DNA of 64,000 nt from Eledone cirrhosa (lineage: Eukaryota), in contig CAXHJY010000168.1 in assembly GCA_964016885.1 (NCBI GenBank), positions 62,001-126,000 of the forward strand, written 5' to 3'. A program made the translations under genes and the position numbers. The notes under the pieces are model-generated. The model ran no database searches. It worked only from the letters and a program-made list of their open reading frames with translations, and was not told where the DNA came from. Positions 23,070-37,200 of this stretch are shown piece by piece (the stretch's first letter is position 1; the number at the start of each line of letters is the position of its first letter).

Positions 23070-26000
23070 ATTTTTTATTTGGGTGATCCATTTTTTATTT
23101 GGGGGATCCATTTTTTAGTTGGGGGATCCATTTTTTATTTGGGTGATCCATTTTTTATTTGGGTGATCCATTTTTTATTTGGGTGATCCATTTTTTATTT
23201 GTATGATCCATTTTTTATTTGCGTGATCCATTTTTTATTTGGGGGATCCATTTTTTATTTGGGTGATCCATTTTTTATTTGGGTGATCCATTTTTTATTT
23301 GGGGGATCCATTTTTTATTTGGGTGATCCATTTTTTATTGGGGTGATCCATTTTTTATTTGAGGGATCCATTTTTTATTTGGGTGATCCATTTTTTATTT
23401 GGGTGATCCATTTTTTATTTGGGTGATCCATTTTTTATTTGGGTGATCCATTTTTTATTTCGGAGATCCATTTTTTATTTGGGTGATCCATTTTTTAGTT
23501 GGGGGATCCATTTTTTATTTGGGGGATCCATTTTTTATATGGGTGATCCATTTTTTATTTGGGGGATCCATTTTTTATTTGGGTGATCCGTTTTTTATTT
23601 GGGTGATCCATTTTTTGGGGGGGTGATCCATTTTTTATTTGGGGGATCCATTTTTTATTTGGGTGATCCATTTTTTATTTGGGTGATCTATTTTTTATTT
23701 GGGTGATCCATTTTTTATTTGTATGATCCATTTTTTATTTGCATGATCCATTTTTTATTTGGGGGATCCATTTTCTAGTTGGGTGATCCATTTTTTATTT
23801 GGGTGATCCATTTTTTATTTGGGGGATCCATTTTTTATTTGGGTGATCCATTTTTTATTTGGGTGATCATTTTTTATTTGAGGGATACATTTTTTATTTG
23901 GGTGATCCATTTTTTATTTGGGTGATCCATTTTTTATTTGGGGGATCCATTATTTATTTGGGTGATTCGTTTTTTATTTTGGTGATCCATTTTTTATTTG
24001 GGTGATCCATATTTTATTTGGGTGATCCATTTTTTATTTTGGGGATCCATTTATTATTTGGGTGATCCATTTTTTATTTGGGGGATCCATTTTTTATTTG
24101 GGTGATCCATTTTTTATTTGGGGGATCTATTTTTTATTTGGGGGATCCATTTTTTATTTGGGTGATCCATTATTTATTTGGGGGATCCATTTTTTATTTG
24201 GGTGATCCATTTTTTATTTGGGGGATTCATTTTTTATTTGAGGGATCCATTTTTTATTTGGGTGATCCATTTAATATTTGAGTGATCCATTTTTTATTGG
24301 GGGATCCATTTTTTATTTGGGTGATCCATTTTTTATTTTTGTGATCCATTTTTTATTTGGGGGATCCATTTTTTATTTGGGTGATCCATTTTTTATTTGG
24401 GGGATCCATTTTTTATTTGGGGGATCCATTTTTTATTTGGGTGATCCATTTTTTATTTGGGGGATCCATTTTTTATTTGGGTGATCCATTTTTTATTTGG
24501 GTGATCCATTTTTTATTTGGGGGATCGATTTTTTATTTGGGTGATCCATTTTTTATTTGATTGATCCATTTTTTATTTGAGGGATCCATTTTTTCTTTGG
24601 GTGATCTTTTTTTTATTTGGGTGATCCATTTTTTATTTGGGGGATCCATTTTTTATTTGGGTGATCCATTTTTTATTTGGCTGATCAATTTTTTATTTGG
24701 GGGATCCACTTTTTATTTGGGGGATCCATTTTTTATTTGGGGGATCCATTTTTTATTTGGGGGATCCATTTTTTATTTGGGGGATCCATTTTTTATTTGG
24801 GTGATCCATTTTTTATTTGGGGGATCCATTTTTTATTTGGGTGATCCATTTTTTATTTGGGGGATCTATTTTTTATTTGGGGGATCCATTTTTTATTTGG
24901 GTGATCCATTTTTTATTTGGGGGATCCATTTTTTATTTGGGTGATCCATTTTTTATTTGGGGGATTCATTTTTTATTTGAGGGATCCATTTTTTATTTGG
25001 GTGATCCATTTAATATTTGAGTGATCCATTTTTTATTGGGGGGATCCATTTTTTATTTGGGTGATCCATTTTTTTATTTTTGTGATCCATTTTTTATTTG
25101 GGGGATCCATTTTTTATTTGGGTGATCCATTTTTTATTTGGGGGATCCATTTTTTATTTGGGGGATCCATTTTTTATTTGGGTGATCCATTTTTTATTTG
25201 GGGGATCCATTTTTTATTTGGGTGATCCATTTTTTATTTGGGTGATCCATTTTTTATTTGGGGGATCGATTTTTTATTTGGGTGATCCATTTTTTATTTG
25301 ATTGATCCATTTTTTATTTGAGGGATCCATTTTTTCTTTGGGTGATCTTTTTTTTATTTGGGTGATCCATTTTTTATTTGGGGGATCCATTTTTTATTTG
25401 GGTGATCCATTTTTTATTTGGCTGATCAATTTTTTATTTGGGGGATCCACTTTTTATTTGGGGGATCCATTTTTTATTTGGGGGATCCATTTTTTATTTG
25501 GGGGATCCATTTTTTATTTGGGGGATCCATTTTTTATTTGGGTGATCCATTTTTTATTTGGGTGATCCATTTTTTATTTGGGGGATCCATTTTTTATTTG
25601 GGTGATCCATTTTTTATTTGGGTGATCCATTTTTTATTTGAGGGATCCATTTTTTATTTGGGTGATCCATTTTTTATTTTGGGGATCCATTTCTTATTTG
25701 GGTGATCCATTTTTTATTTGGCGGATCCATTTTTTATTTGGGGGATCCATTTTTTATTTGGGTGATCCATTTTTTATTTGGGGGATCCATTTTTTATTTG
25801 GGGGATCCATTTTTTATTTGGGTGATCCATTTTTTATTTGGGGGATCCATTTTTTATTTGGGTGATCCATTTTTTATTTGGGTGATCCATTTTTTATTTG
25901 GGGAATCCATTTTTTATTTTGGGGATCCATTTTTTATTTGGGTGATCCATTTTTTATTTGGGGGATCCATTTTTTATTTGGGGGATCCATTTTTATTTGG

Positions 26001-29000
26001 GTGATCCATTTTTTATTTGGGGGATCCATTTTTTATTTGGGTGATCCATTTTTTATTTGGGTGATCCATTTTTTATTTGGGTGATCCATTTTTTATTTGA
26101 GGGATCCATTTTTTATTTGGGTGATCCATTTTTTATTTGAGTGATCCATTTTTTATTGGGGGGGTCCATTTTTTATTTGGGTGATCCATTTTTTATTTGG
26201 GTGATCCATTTTTTATTTGGGGGATCCATTTTTTATTTGGGTGATCCATTTTTTATTTGGGGGATCCATTTTATATTTGGGGATCCATTTTTTATTTGGG
26301 TGATCCATTTTTTTTGGGGGGGATCCATTTTTTATTTGGGTGATCCATTTTTTATTTGGGTGATCCATTTTTTATTTGGGGGATCGATTTTTTATTTGGG
26401 TGATCCATTTTTTATTTGATTGATCCATTATTTATTTGAGGGATCCATTTTTACTTTGGGTGATCCATCTTTTCTTTGGGTGATCCATTTTTTATTTGGG
26501 GGATCCATTTTTTTTTGGGGTGATCCATTTTTTATTTGGGTGATCCATTTTTTATTTGGGGGATCCACTTTTTATTTGGGGGATCCATTTTTTATTTGGG
26601 GGATCCATATTTTATTTGGGGGATCCATTTTTTATTTGGGTGATCCATTTTTTATTTGGGTGATCCATTTTTTATTTGGGTGATCCATTTTTTATTTGGG
26701 GGATCCATTTTTTATTTGGGTGATCCATTTTTTATTTGGGTGATCCATTTTTTATTTGAGGGATCCATTTTTTATTTGGGTGATCCATTTTTTATTTTGG
26801 GGATCCATTTCTTATTTGGGTGATCCATTTTTTATTTGGGGGATCCATTTTTTATTTGGGGGATCCATTTTTTATTTGGGTGATCCATTTTTTATTTGGG
26901 GGATCCATTTTTTATTTGGGTGATCCATTTTTTATTTGGGTGATCCATTTTTTATTTGGGGGATCCATTTTTTATTTGGGTGATCCATTTTTTATTTGGG
27001 TGATCCATTTTTTTATTTAGGGAATCCATTTTTTATTTTGGGGATCCATTTTTTATTTGGGGGATCCATTTTTTATTTGGGTGATCCATTTTTTATTTGG
27101 GTGATCCATTATTTTATTTGGGGGATCCATTTTTTATTTGGGTGATCCATTTTTTATTTGGGTGATACATTTTTTATTTGGGGGATCCATTTTTTATTCG
27201 GGTGATCCATTTTTTATTTGTGTGATCCATTTTTTATTTGGGTGATCCATTTTTTATTTGGGTGATCCATTTTTTATTTGGGGGATCCATTTTTTATTTG
27301 GGTGATCCATTTTTTATTTGGGGGATCCATTTTTTATTTGGGTGATCCATTTTTTATATGAGGGATCCATTTTTTATTTGGGTGATCCATTTTTTATTTG
27401 GGTGAACCATTTTTTATTTGGGTGATCCATTTTTTATTTGAGAGATTCATTTTTTATTTGGGTGATCCATTTTTTATTTGGGTGATCCATTTTTGATTTG
27501 GGGGATCCATTTTTTATTTGGGTGATCCCTTTTTTATTTGGGTGATCCATTTTTTATTTGGGGTATCCATTTTTTATTTGGGGGATCCATTTTTTATTTG
27601 GGTGATCCGTTTTTTATTTGGGGGATCCATTTTTTATTTGGGGGATCCATTTTTTATTTGGGTGATCCATTTTTCATTTGTGGGATCCATTTTTTATTTG
27701 GGTGATCCATTTTTTACTTGGGTGATCCATTTTTTATTTGAGGGATCCATTTTTTATTTGGGTGATCCATTTTTTATTTGGGTGATCCATTTTTTATTTG
27801 GGGGGATCCATTTTTTATTTGGGTGATCCATATTTTATTTGGGTGATACATTTTTTATTTTGGGGATCCATTTTTTATTTGGGTGATCCATTTTTATTTG
27901 GGGGATCCATTTTTTATTTGGGGGATCCATTTTTTATTTGGGTGATCCATTTTTTATTTGGGGGATCCATTTTTTATTTGGGTGATCCATTTTTTATTTG
28001 GGTGATCCATTTTTTATTTGGGGGATCCATTTTTTATTTGGGTGATCCATTTTTTATTTGGGGGATCCATTTTTTATTTGGGGGATCCATTTTTTATTTG
28101 GGTGATCCATTTTTTATTTGGGGGATCCATTTTTTATTTGGGTGATCCATTTTTTATTTGGGTGATCCATTTTTTATTTGGGTGATCCATTTTTTATTTG
28201 GGTGATCCATTTTTTATTTGGGTGATCCATTTTTTATTTGGGTGATCCATTTTTTATTTGTGTGATCCATTTTTTATTTGGGGGATCCATTTTTTATTTG
28301 GGGGATCCATTTTTTATTTGGGTGATCCATTTTTTATTTGTGGGATCCATTTTTTATTTGGGTGATCCATTTTTTATTTGGGGGATCCATTTTTTATTTG
28401 GGGGACCCATTTTTTATTTGGGTGATCCATTTTTTATTTGGGGGATCCATTTTTTATTTGGGTGATCCATTTTTTATTTGGGTGATCCATTTTATATTTG
28501 GGTGATCCATTTTTTATTTGAGGCATCCATTTTTTATTTGGGTGATCCATTTTTTATTTGGGTGATCCATTTTTTATTTGGGGGATCCATTTTTTATTTG
28601 GGTGATCTTTTTTTTATTTGGGTGATCCATTTTTTATTTGGGGGATCCATTTTTTATTTGGGTATCCATTTTTTATTTGGGGGATCCATTTCTTATTTGG
28701 GTGATCCATTTTTTATTTGGGTGATCCATTTTTTATTTGGGGGATCCAGTTTTTATTTGGGGGATCCATTTTTTATTTGGGTGATCCATTTTTTATTTGG
28801 GGGATCCATTTTTTATTTGGGTGATCCATTTTTTATTTGGGTGATCCATTTTTTATTTGGGTGATCCATTTTTTATTTGGGTGATACATTTTTTATTTGG
28901 GGGATCCATTTTTTATTTGGGTGATCCATTTTTTATTTGGGGGATCCATTTTTTATTTGGGGGATCCATTTTTTATTTGGGTGATCCATTTTTTATTTGG

Positions 29001-29926
29001 GGGATCCATTTTTTATTTGGGTGATCCATTTTTTATTTGGGTGATCCATTTTTTATTTGGGTGATCCATTTTTTATTTGGGTGATCCATTTTTTATTTGG
29101 ATGATCCATTTTTTATTTGGGTGATCCATTTTTTATTTGGAGGATCCATTTTTATTTGGGTGATCCATTTTTTATTTGGGGGATCCATTTTTTATTTGGT
29201 GGATCCATTTTTTATTTGGGTGATCCATTTTTTATTTGGGGGATCCATTTTTTATTTGGGTGATCCATTTTTTATTTGGGTGATCTATTTTTTATTTGGG
29301 GGATCCATTTTTTTTTTGGGTGATCCATTTTTTATTTGGGTGATCCATATTTTATTTGGGTGATCCATTTTTTATTTGGGGGATCCATTTTTTATTTGAG
29401 TGATCCATTTTTTATTTGGGGGATCCATTTTTTATTTGGGTGATCCATTTTTTATTTGGGTGATCCATTTTTTATTTGGGTGATCCATTTTTTATTTGGG
29501 CGATGCATTTTTTATTTGGGGGATCCATTTTCTATTTGGGTGATCCATTTTTTATTTGGGTGATCCATTTTTTATTTGGGGGATCCATTTTTTATTGGGG
29601 GGAACCATTTTTTATTTGGGGGGATCCATTTCTTATTTGGGGGATCCATTTTTTATTTAGGTGATCCATTTTTTATTTGGGCGATCCATTTTTTATTTGG
29701 GGGATCCAGTTTTTATTTGGGTGATCCATTTTTTATTCGGGTGATCCATTTTTTATTTGGGTGATCCATTTTTTATTTGGGTGATCCATTTTTTATTTGG
29801 GTGATCCATTTTTTATTTGGGGGATCCAGTTTTTATTTGGGTGATCCATTTTTTATTTGGGTGATCCATTTTTTATTTGGGTGATCCATTTTTTATTTGG
29901 GTGATCCATTTTTTATTTGGGGGATC

Positions 29927-30479
29927 TGTAGTGACCTACATTCCGCGGGCTCACATACATTCTCTGTGCGTGATTTGGCTCAGTTCAGCCAATCAGCGCC
30001 AGTAGAAGAGGATGTATCCCTACGCGCCCTGAGGAAGCAATTCACCGCGAAGATTTGAAGAATCTCGTTCTTGTACCGGAAACTTCAAGCCAGCAACACG
30101 CATAATGTAACAGTGAGATATTGCACCCCTAGCCTCGCCGGCTTAACGGCGCAATGGCACATTCCCTAATGTAATCTCTTTTTATCTGTAACTTCAATCA
30201 TATAAATAAACAAACATTTCATCTCTAATTACTGCAGTTGAAGTCGTTGTTATGTTACTCCTGTCTCAATGACATCTTTAATCCATGCTGCTGGAATTGG
30301 CGACCTGACGAAAGGAATATTGTAAATAGATGGTAAATAGATCGAGGGACCTTCCCTCACGTCTATGCCGACAAGATAATCCAACGAGGATACTATCACT
30401 TACCACACTGGCAACTAAAGACCACTGATTCTACCACCCTGCTAAAGTGGCAATAACATCTACAACTAATACTGCTAAA
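29927..30479 (+). mobile_element. Solo LTR copy 5 (553 bp)
   Basis: Solo-type alleles plus several private substitutions; GATC flanks. Confidence 0.93.
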
Positions 30480-30683
30480 GATCCATTTTTTTGGGGGGGG
30501 ATCCATTTTTTATTTGGGTGATCCATTTTTTATTTGGGTGATCCATTTTTTATTTGGGGGATCCATTTTTTATTTGGGTGATCCATTTTTTATTTGGGTG
30601 ATCCATTTTTTATTTGGGTGATCCATTTTTTATTTGGGGGATCCATTTTTTATTTGGGTGATCCATTTTTTATTTGGGGGATC

Positions 30684-33368
30684 TGTAGTGACCTACATTC
30701 CGCGGGCTCACATACATTCTCTGTGCGTGATTTGGCTCAGTTCAGCCAATCAGCGCCAGTAGAAGAGGATGTATCCCTACGCGCCCTGAGGAAGAAATTC
30801 ACCGCGAAGATTTGAAGAATCTCGCTCTTGTACCGGAAACTTCAAGCCAGCAACACGCATAATGTAACAGTGAGATATTGCACCCCTAGCCTCGCCGGCT
30901 TAACGGCGCAATGGCACATTCCCTAATGTAACCTCTTTTTATCTGTAACTTCAACCATATAAATAAACAAACATTTCATCTCTAATTACTGCGGTTGAAG
31001 TCGTTGTTATTTTACTCGTGTCACAATAACATCTTTAATCCATGCTGCTGGAATTGGCGACCTGACGAAAGGAATATTGTAAATAGATGGTAAATAGATC
31101 GAGGGACCTTCCCTCACGTCTATGTCGACAAGATAATCCAACGAGGATACTATCACTTACCACACTGGCAACTAACGACCACTGACTCTACCACCCTGCT
31201 AAAGTGGCGATAACATCTACAACTAATACTGCTAAAGTGGTGACCGACGTAAGAATGTCACGCAGCCCTTCTTATTCATTCAGTTTAACTTTTTTATTGC
31301 CACGTCGCAACTTGCGAAAATCCAGAATATTCCTTTTAAGATTTTTGAAAAATTAGCAGTATTTCAAAAACTATTTCGCCACGAAAAAATTTCAAGATGG
31401 CTACCGACATGTCATGGCTACGCTTGACAACAACAATGACAGCAGCAGCGACAGCGTTGTTTAACCACTGACCAATACAGGGAACAGTGAGTGGCAGCTT
31501 CATAACCTTACCAACGCCAACCACCACACATCGGAAATTTCAAAACGGCTTGTAACTTTACCGACGCAACCACCATACCTTCTGTCTCGTTACCACAGGG
31601 ACGCGAGAAATTGAGACAGTAGTTTTCTCACCATTATGGCGTCAGACGTGACTGCCATATTTGGTGACTCCTACTCTACAGAAGATTCTTTGACTTTGCT
31701 TTAACAATAAGCAACACAACCGTGTGGCGGGACGGGAAAATGGCCACGAAATCTCACAAAAACACCATACATCTAACCCCTAACGGCATTAACAAACTTC
31801 TTTTTCAGTTTTCAGATAGAACTAGTGTCTGTACACTGGTGATGTGTGAACTAATTGACTTTGAAAAACTTTGAACTTATTGAGCAATTTCTCTGCTCCC
31901 CTAGATTGACTTTGAATTATCAGTTTGTTACATTCACATATTTCTTTGTAGAATGCATTTACTTGTTTTGTGCTCTTTTGCTATTTGCTTGCTCATGGTT
32001 TTTGTTCATTCACATTCTTTGCTGTTTTACATGCCTGCATATGCACACATTTTTTTTATCACACACCAACATGTTGTTCTTGGTATATGTTCTTCAAACG
32101 TAATATTCTGCGAGTCCCTTTTCACCTGGTTGAGATGCTGGCAGCGCACAGAGCTTAATCCACTGGATTCAAACAGTCACCGCAACACGAGAATACTAAT
32201 TGCCGCTGAACTCAAACAGCTTCGCATCTCGTTGCACACTGATTGTCCATGACGGCCATCCGTCTAGTTGGTTTTGCCCGACTCGCTGGGAAAGCAACAA
32301 ATTGAACTGGACTTGTTAGCATTTCGGCCACTTCTGTGGATTCGCCCAAATTATGGAATTTACACTGCAACCCACCTACAAATTAAACTTGCCTTTTGTT
32401 CTTTACAAAGCAACCAGCCTTTTTTCCTGGCTCCACAGCACATTCGACAATACATCAGGGGGCCATCATTTTCTCGCCAGCACTGGTAAACTACCATAAT
32501 AGCTTCGTTCACAGCTACTGGTACAACGCTTACCATTAACATTTAATGCAAGAACAGTAACTTCGCCCATGTCAGATTTTATCCGTTTTTTGTTAGACCT
32601 TTGGCGGTCACGTATAAACAACAAAACAACTGGTCATTTGACACAGCGGCTCAACACGGCCCGTAGCGCCTCATTTTTTGTTCTTGCATGCAACCTTCTG
32701 CACAATTATTTTTTTCACTGATGAGCTCTTTCAGCATTTGTTCTTGCTGATTTAATATGTGAGTCCTTGGTTTCTTCGTTATCGATTTTCGGATGAAAAT
32801 CTGGTTGGAGGTGATGTAGTGACCTACATTCCGCGGGCTCACATACATTCTCTGTGCGTGATTTGGCTCAGTTCACCCAATCAGCGCCAGTAGAAGAGGA
32901 TGTATCCCTACGCGCCCTGAGTAAGAAATTCACCGCGAAGTTTTGAAGAATCTCGCTCTTGTACCGGAAACTTCAAGCCAGCAACACGCATAATGTAACA
33001 GTGAGATATTGCACCCCTAGCCTCGCCGGCTTAACGGCGCAATGGCACATTCCCTAATGTAACCTCTTTTTATCTGTAACTTCAACCATATAAATAAACA
33101 CAACATTTCATCTCTAATTACTGCGGTTGAAGTCGTTGTTATGTTACTCGTGTCTCAATAACATCTTTAATCCATGCTGCTGGAATTGGCGACCTGACGA
33201 AAGGAATATTGTAAATAGATGGTAAATAGATCGAGGGACCTTCCCTCACGTCTATGTCGACAAGATAATCCAACGAGGATACTATCACTTACCACACTGG
33301 CAACTAACGACCACTGATTCTACCACCCTGCTAAAGTGGCGATAACATCTACAACTAATACTGCTAAA
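30684..33368 (+). mobile_element. Non-autonomous LTR retroelement copy 4 (2685 bp; LTRs 30684-31236 and 32815-33368)
   Basis: Most diverged copy (2 extra T in the interior, 1-bp insertion in the 3' LTR); GATC flanks. Confidence 0.92.
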
Positions 33369-34007
33369 GATCCATTTTTTATTTGGGGGATCCATTTTTT
33401 ATTTGGGTGATCCATTTTTTATTTGGGTGATCCATTTTTTATTTGGGGGATCCAATTTTTATTTGGGTGATCCATTTTTTATTTGGGTGATCCATTTTTT
33501 ATTTGGGTGATCCATTTTTTATTTGGGTGATCCATTTTTTATTTGGGTGATCCATTTTTTATTTGGGGTATCCATTTTTAATTTGGGTGTACAATTTTTT
33601 ATTTGGGTGATCCATTTTTTATTTGGGGGGTCCATTTTTTATTTGGGTGATCCATTTTTTATTTGGAGGATCCATTTTTTATTTGGGTGATCCATTTTTT
33701 ATTTGGGGTATCCATTTTTAATTTGGGTGTACCATTTTTTATTTGGGTGATCCATTTTTTATTTGGGGGGTCCATTTTTTATTTGGGTGATCCATTTTTT
33801 ATTTGGGTGATCCATTTTTTATTTGGGTGATCCATTTTTTATTTGGGTGAACAATTTTTTATTTGGGGGATCCATTTTTCATTTGGGTGATCCATTTTTT
33901 ATTTGGGTGGATCCATTTTTTTATTTTGGGGATCCATTTCTTATTTGGGTGATCCATTTTTTATTTGGGGGATCCATTTTTTATTTGGGGGATCCATTTT
34001 TTATTTG

Positions 34008-34235
34008 ATGGATCCCCCAAATAAAAAATGGATCACCCAAATAAAAAATGGATCCCCAAATAAAAAATGGATCACCCAAATAAAAAATGGATCACCTAAA
34101 TAAAAAATGGATCCCCCAAATAAAAAATGGATCACCCAAATAAAAAATGGATCACCCAAATAAAAAATGGATCACCCAAATAAAAAAATGGATCCCCCAA
34201 ATAAAAAAGGGATCCGCCAAATAAAAAAGGGATCC
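34008..34235 (-). repeat. Inverted satellite block, copy 2
   Basis: Same breakpoints and monomer variants as 22842-23069, at offset 11166. Confidence 0.96.
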
Positions 34236-37200
34236 ATTTTTTATTTGGGTGATGCATTTTTTATTTGGGGGATCCATTTTTTAGTTGAGGGATCCATTTT
34301 TTATTTGGGTGATCCATTTTTTATTTGGGTGATCCATTTTTTATTTGGGTGATCCATTTTTTATTTGTATGATCCATTTTTTATTTGCGTGATCCATTTT
34401 TTATTTGGGGGATCCATTTTTTATTTGGGTGATCCATTTTTTATTTGGGTGATCCATTTTTTATTTGGGGGATCCATTTTTTATTTGGGTGATCCATTTT
34501 TTATTTGGGTGATCCATTTTTTATTTGAGGGATCCATTTTTTATTTGGGTGATCCATTTTTTATTTGGGTGATCCATTTTTTATTTGGGTGATCCATTTT
34601 TTATTTCGGGGATCCATTTTTTATTTGGGTGATCCATTTTTTAGTTGGGGGATCCATTTTTTATTTGGGGGATCCATTTTTTATTTGGGTGATCCATTTT
34701 TTATTTGGGGGATCCATTTTTTATTTGGGTGATCCGTTTTTTATTTGGGTGATCCATTTTTTTGGGGGGTGATCCATTTTTAATTTGGGGGATCCATTTT
34801 TTATTTGGGTGATCCATTTTTTATTTGGGTGATCTATTTTTTATTTGGGTGATCCATTTTTTATTTGTATGATCCATTTTTTATTTGCATGATCCATTTT
34901 TTATTTGGGGGATCCATTTTATATTTGGGTGATCCATTTTTTATTTGGGTGATCCATTTTTTATTTGGGGGATCCATTTTTTATTTGGGTGATCCATTTT
35001 TTATTTGGGTGATCATTTTTTATTTGAGGGATACATTTTTTATTTGGGTGATCCATTTTTTATTTGGGTGATCCATATTTTATTTGGGTGATCCATTTTT
35101 TATTTGGGGGATCCATTATTTATTTGGGTGATTCGTTTTTTATTTTGGTGATCCATTTGTTATTTGGGTGATCCATATTTTATTTGGGTGATCCATTTTT
35201 TATTTTGGGGATCCATTTTTTATTTGGGTGATCCATTTTTTATTTGGGGGATCCATTTTTTATTTGGGTGATCCATTTTTTATTTGGGGGATCTATTTTT
35301 TATTTGGGGGATCCATTTTTTATTTGGGTGATCCATTTTTTATTTGGGGGATCCATTTTTTATTTGGGTGATTCATTTTTTATTTGGGGGATCCATTTTT
35401 TATTTGAGGGATCCATTTTTTATTTGGGTGATCCATTTAATATTTGAGTGATCCATTTTTTATTGGGGGATCCATTTTTTATTTGGGTGATCCATTTTTT
35501 ATTTGGGTGATCCATTTTTTATTTGGGGGATCCATTTTTTATTTGGGTGATCCATTTTTTATTTGGGGGATCCATTTTTTATTTGGGGGATCCATTTTTA
35601 TTTGGGTGATCCATTTTTTATTTGGGGGATCCATTTTTTATTTGGGTGATCCATTTTTTATTTGGGTGATCCATTTTTTATTTGGGGGATCGATTTTTTA
35701 TTTGGGTGATCCATTTTTTATTTGATTGATCCATTTTTTATTTGAGGGATCCATTTTTTCTTGGGGTGATCCATTTTTTCTTTGGGTGATCCATTTTTTA
35801 TTTGGGGGATCCATTTTTTATTTGGGTGATCCATTTTTTATTTGGCTGATCAATTTTTTATTTGGGGGATCCACTTTTTATTTGGGGGATCCATTTTTTA
35901 TTTGGGGGATCCATTTTTTATTTGGGGGATCCATTTTTTATTTGGGTGATCCATTTTTTATTTGGGTGATCCATTTTTTATTTGGGTGATCCATTTTTTA
36001 TTTGGGGGATCCATTTTTTATTTGGGTGATCCATTTTTTATTTGGGTGATCCATTTTTTATTTGAGGGATCCATTTTTTATTTGGGTGATCCATTTTTTA
36101 TTTTGGGGATCCATTTCTTATTTGGGTGATCCATTTTTTATTTGGGGGATCCATTTTTTATTTGGGGGATCCATTTTTTATTTGGGTGATCCATTTTTTA
36201 TTTGGGGGATCCATTTTTTTGGGGGGGATCCATTTTTTATTTGGGTGATCCATTTTTTATTTGGGGGATCCATTTTTTATTTGGGTGATCCATTTTTATT
36301 TGGGTGATCCATTTTTTATTTGGGGAATCCATTTTTTATTTTGGGGATCCATTTTTTATTTGGGTGATCCATTTTTTATTTGGGGGATCCATTTTTTATT
36401 TGGGGGATCCATTTTTTATTTGGGTGATCCATTTTTTATTTGGGGGATCCATTTTTTATTTGGGTGATCCATTTTTTATTTGGGTGATCCATTTTTTATT
36501 TGAGGGATCCATTTTTTATTTGGGTGATCCATTTTTTAGTTGAGTGATCCATTTTTTATTGGGGGGATCCATTTTTTATTTGGGTGATCCATTTTTTATT
36601 TGGGTGATCCATTTTTTATTTGGGGGATCCATTTTTTATTTGGGTGATCCATTTTTTATTTGGGGGATCCATTTTATATTTGGGGATCCATTTTTTATTT
36701 GGGTGATCCATTTTTTATTTGGGGGATCCATTTTTTATTTGGGTGATACATTTTTTATTTGGGTGATCCATTTTTTATTTGGGGGATCGATTTTTTATTT
36801 GGGTGATTCATTTTTTATTTGATTGATCCATTATTTATTTGAGGGATCCATTTTTTCTTTGGGTGATCCATCTTTTCTTTGGGTGATCCATTTTTTATTT
36901 GGGGGATCCATTTTTTATTTGGGTGATCCATTTTTTATTTGGGTGATCCATTTTTTATTTGGGGGATCCACTTTTTATTTGGGGGATCCATTTTTTATTT
37001 GGGGGATCCATATTTTATTTGGGGGATCCATTTTTTATTTGGGTGATCCATTTTTTATTTGGGTGATCCATTTTTTATTTGGGGGATCCATCTTTTATTT
37101 GGGTGATCCATTTTTTATTTGGGTGATCCATTTTTTATTTGGGGGATCCATTTTTTATTTAGGTGATCCATTTTTTATTTGGGTGATCCATTTTTTTATT

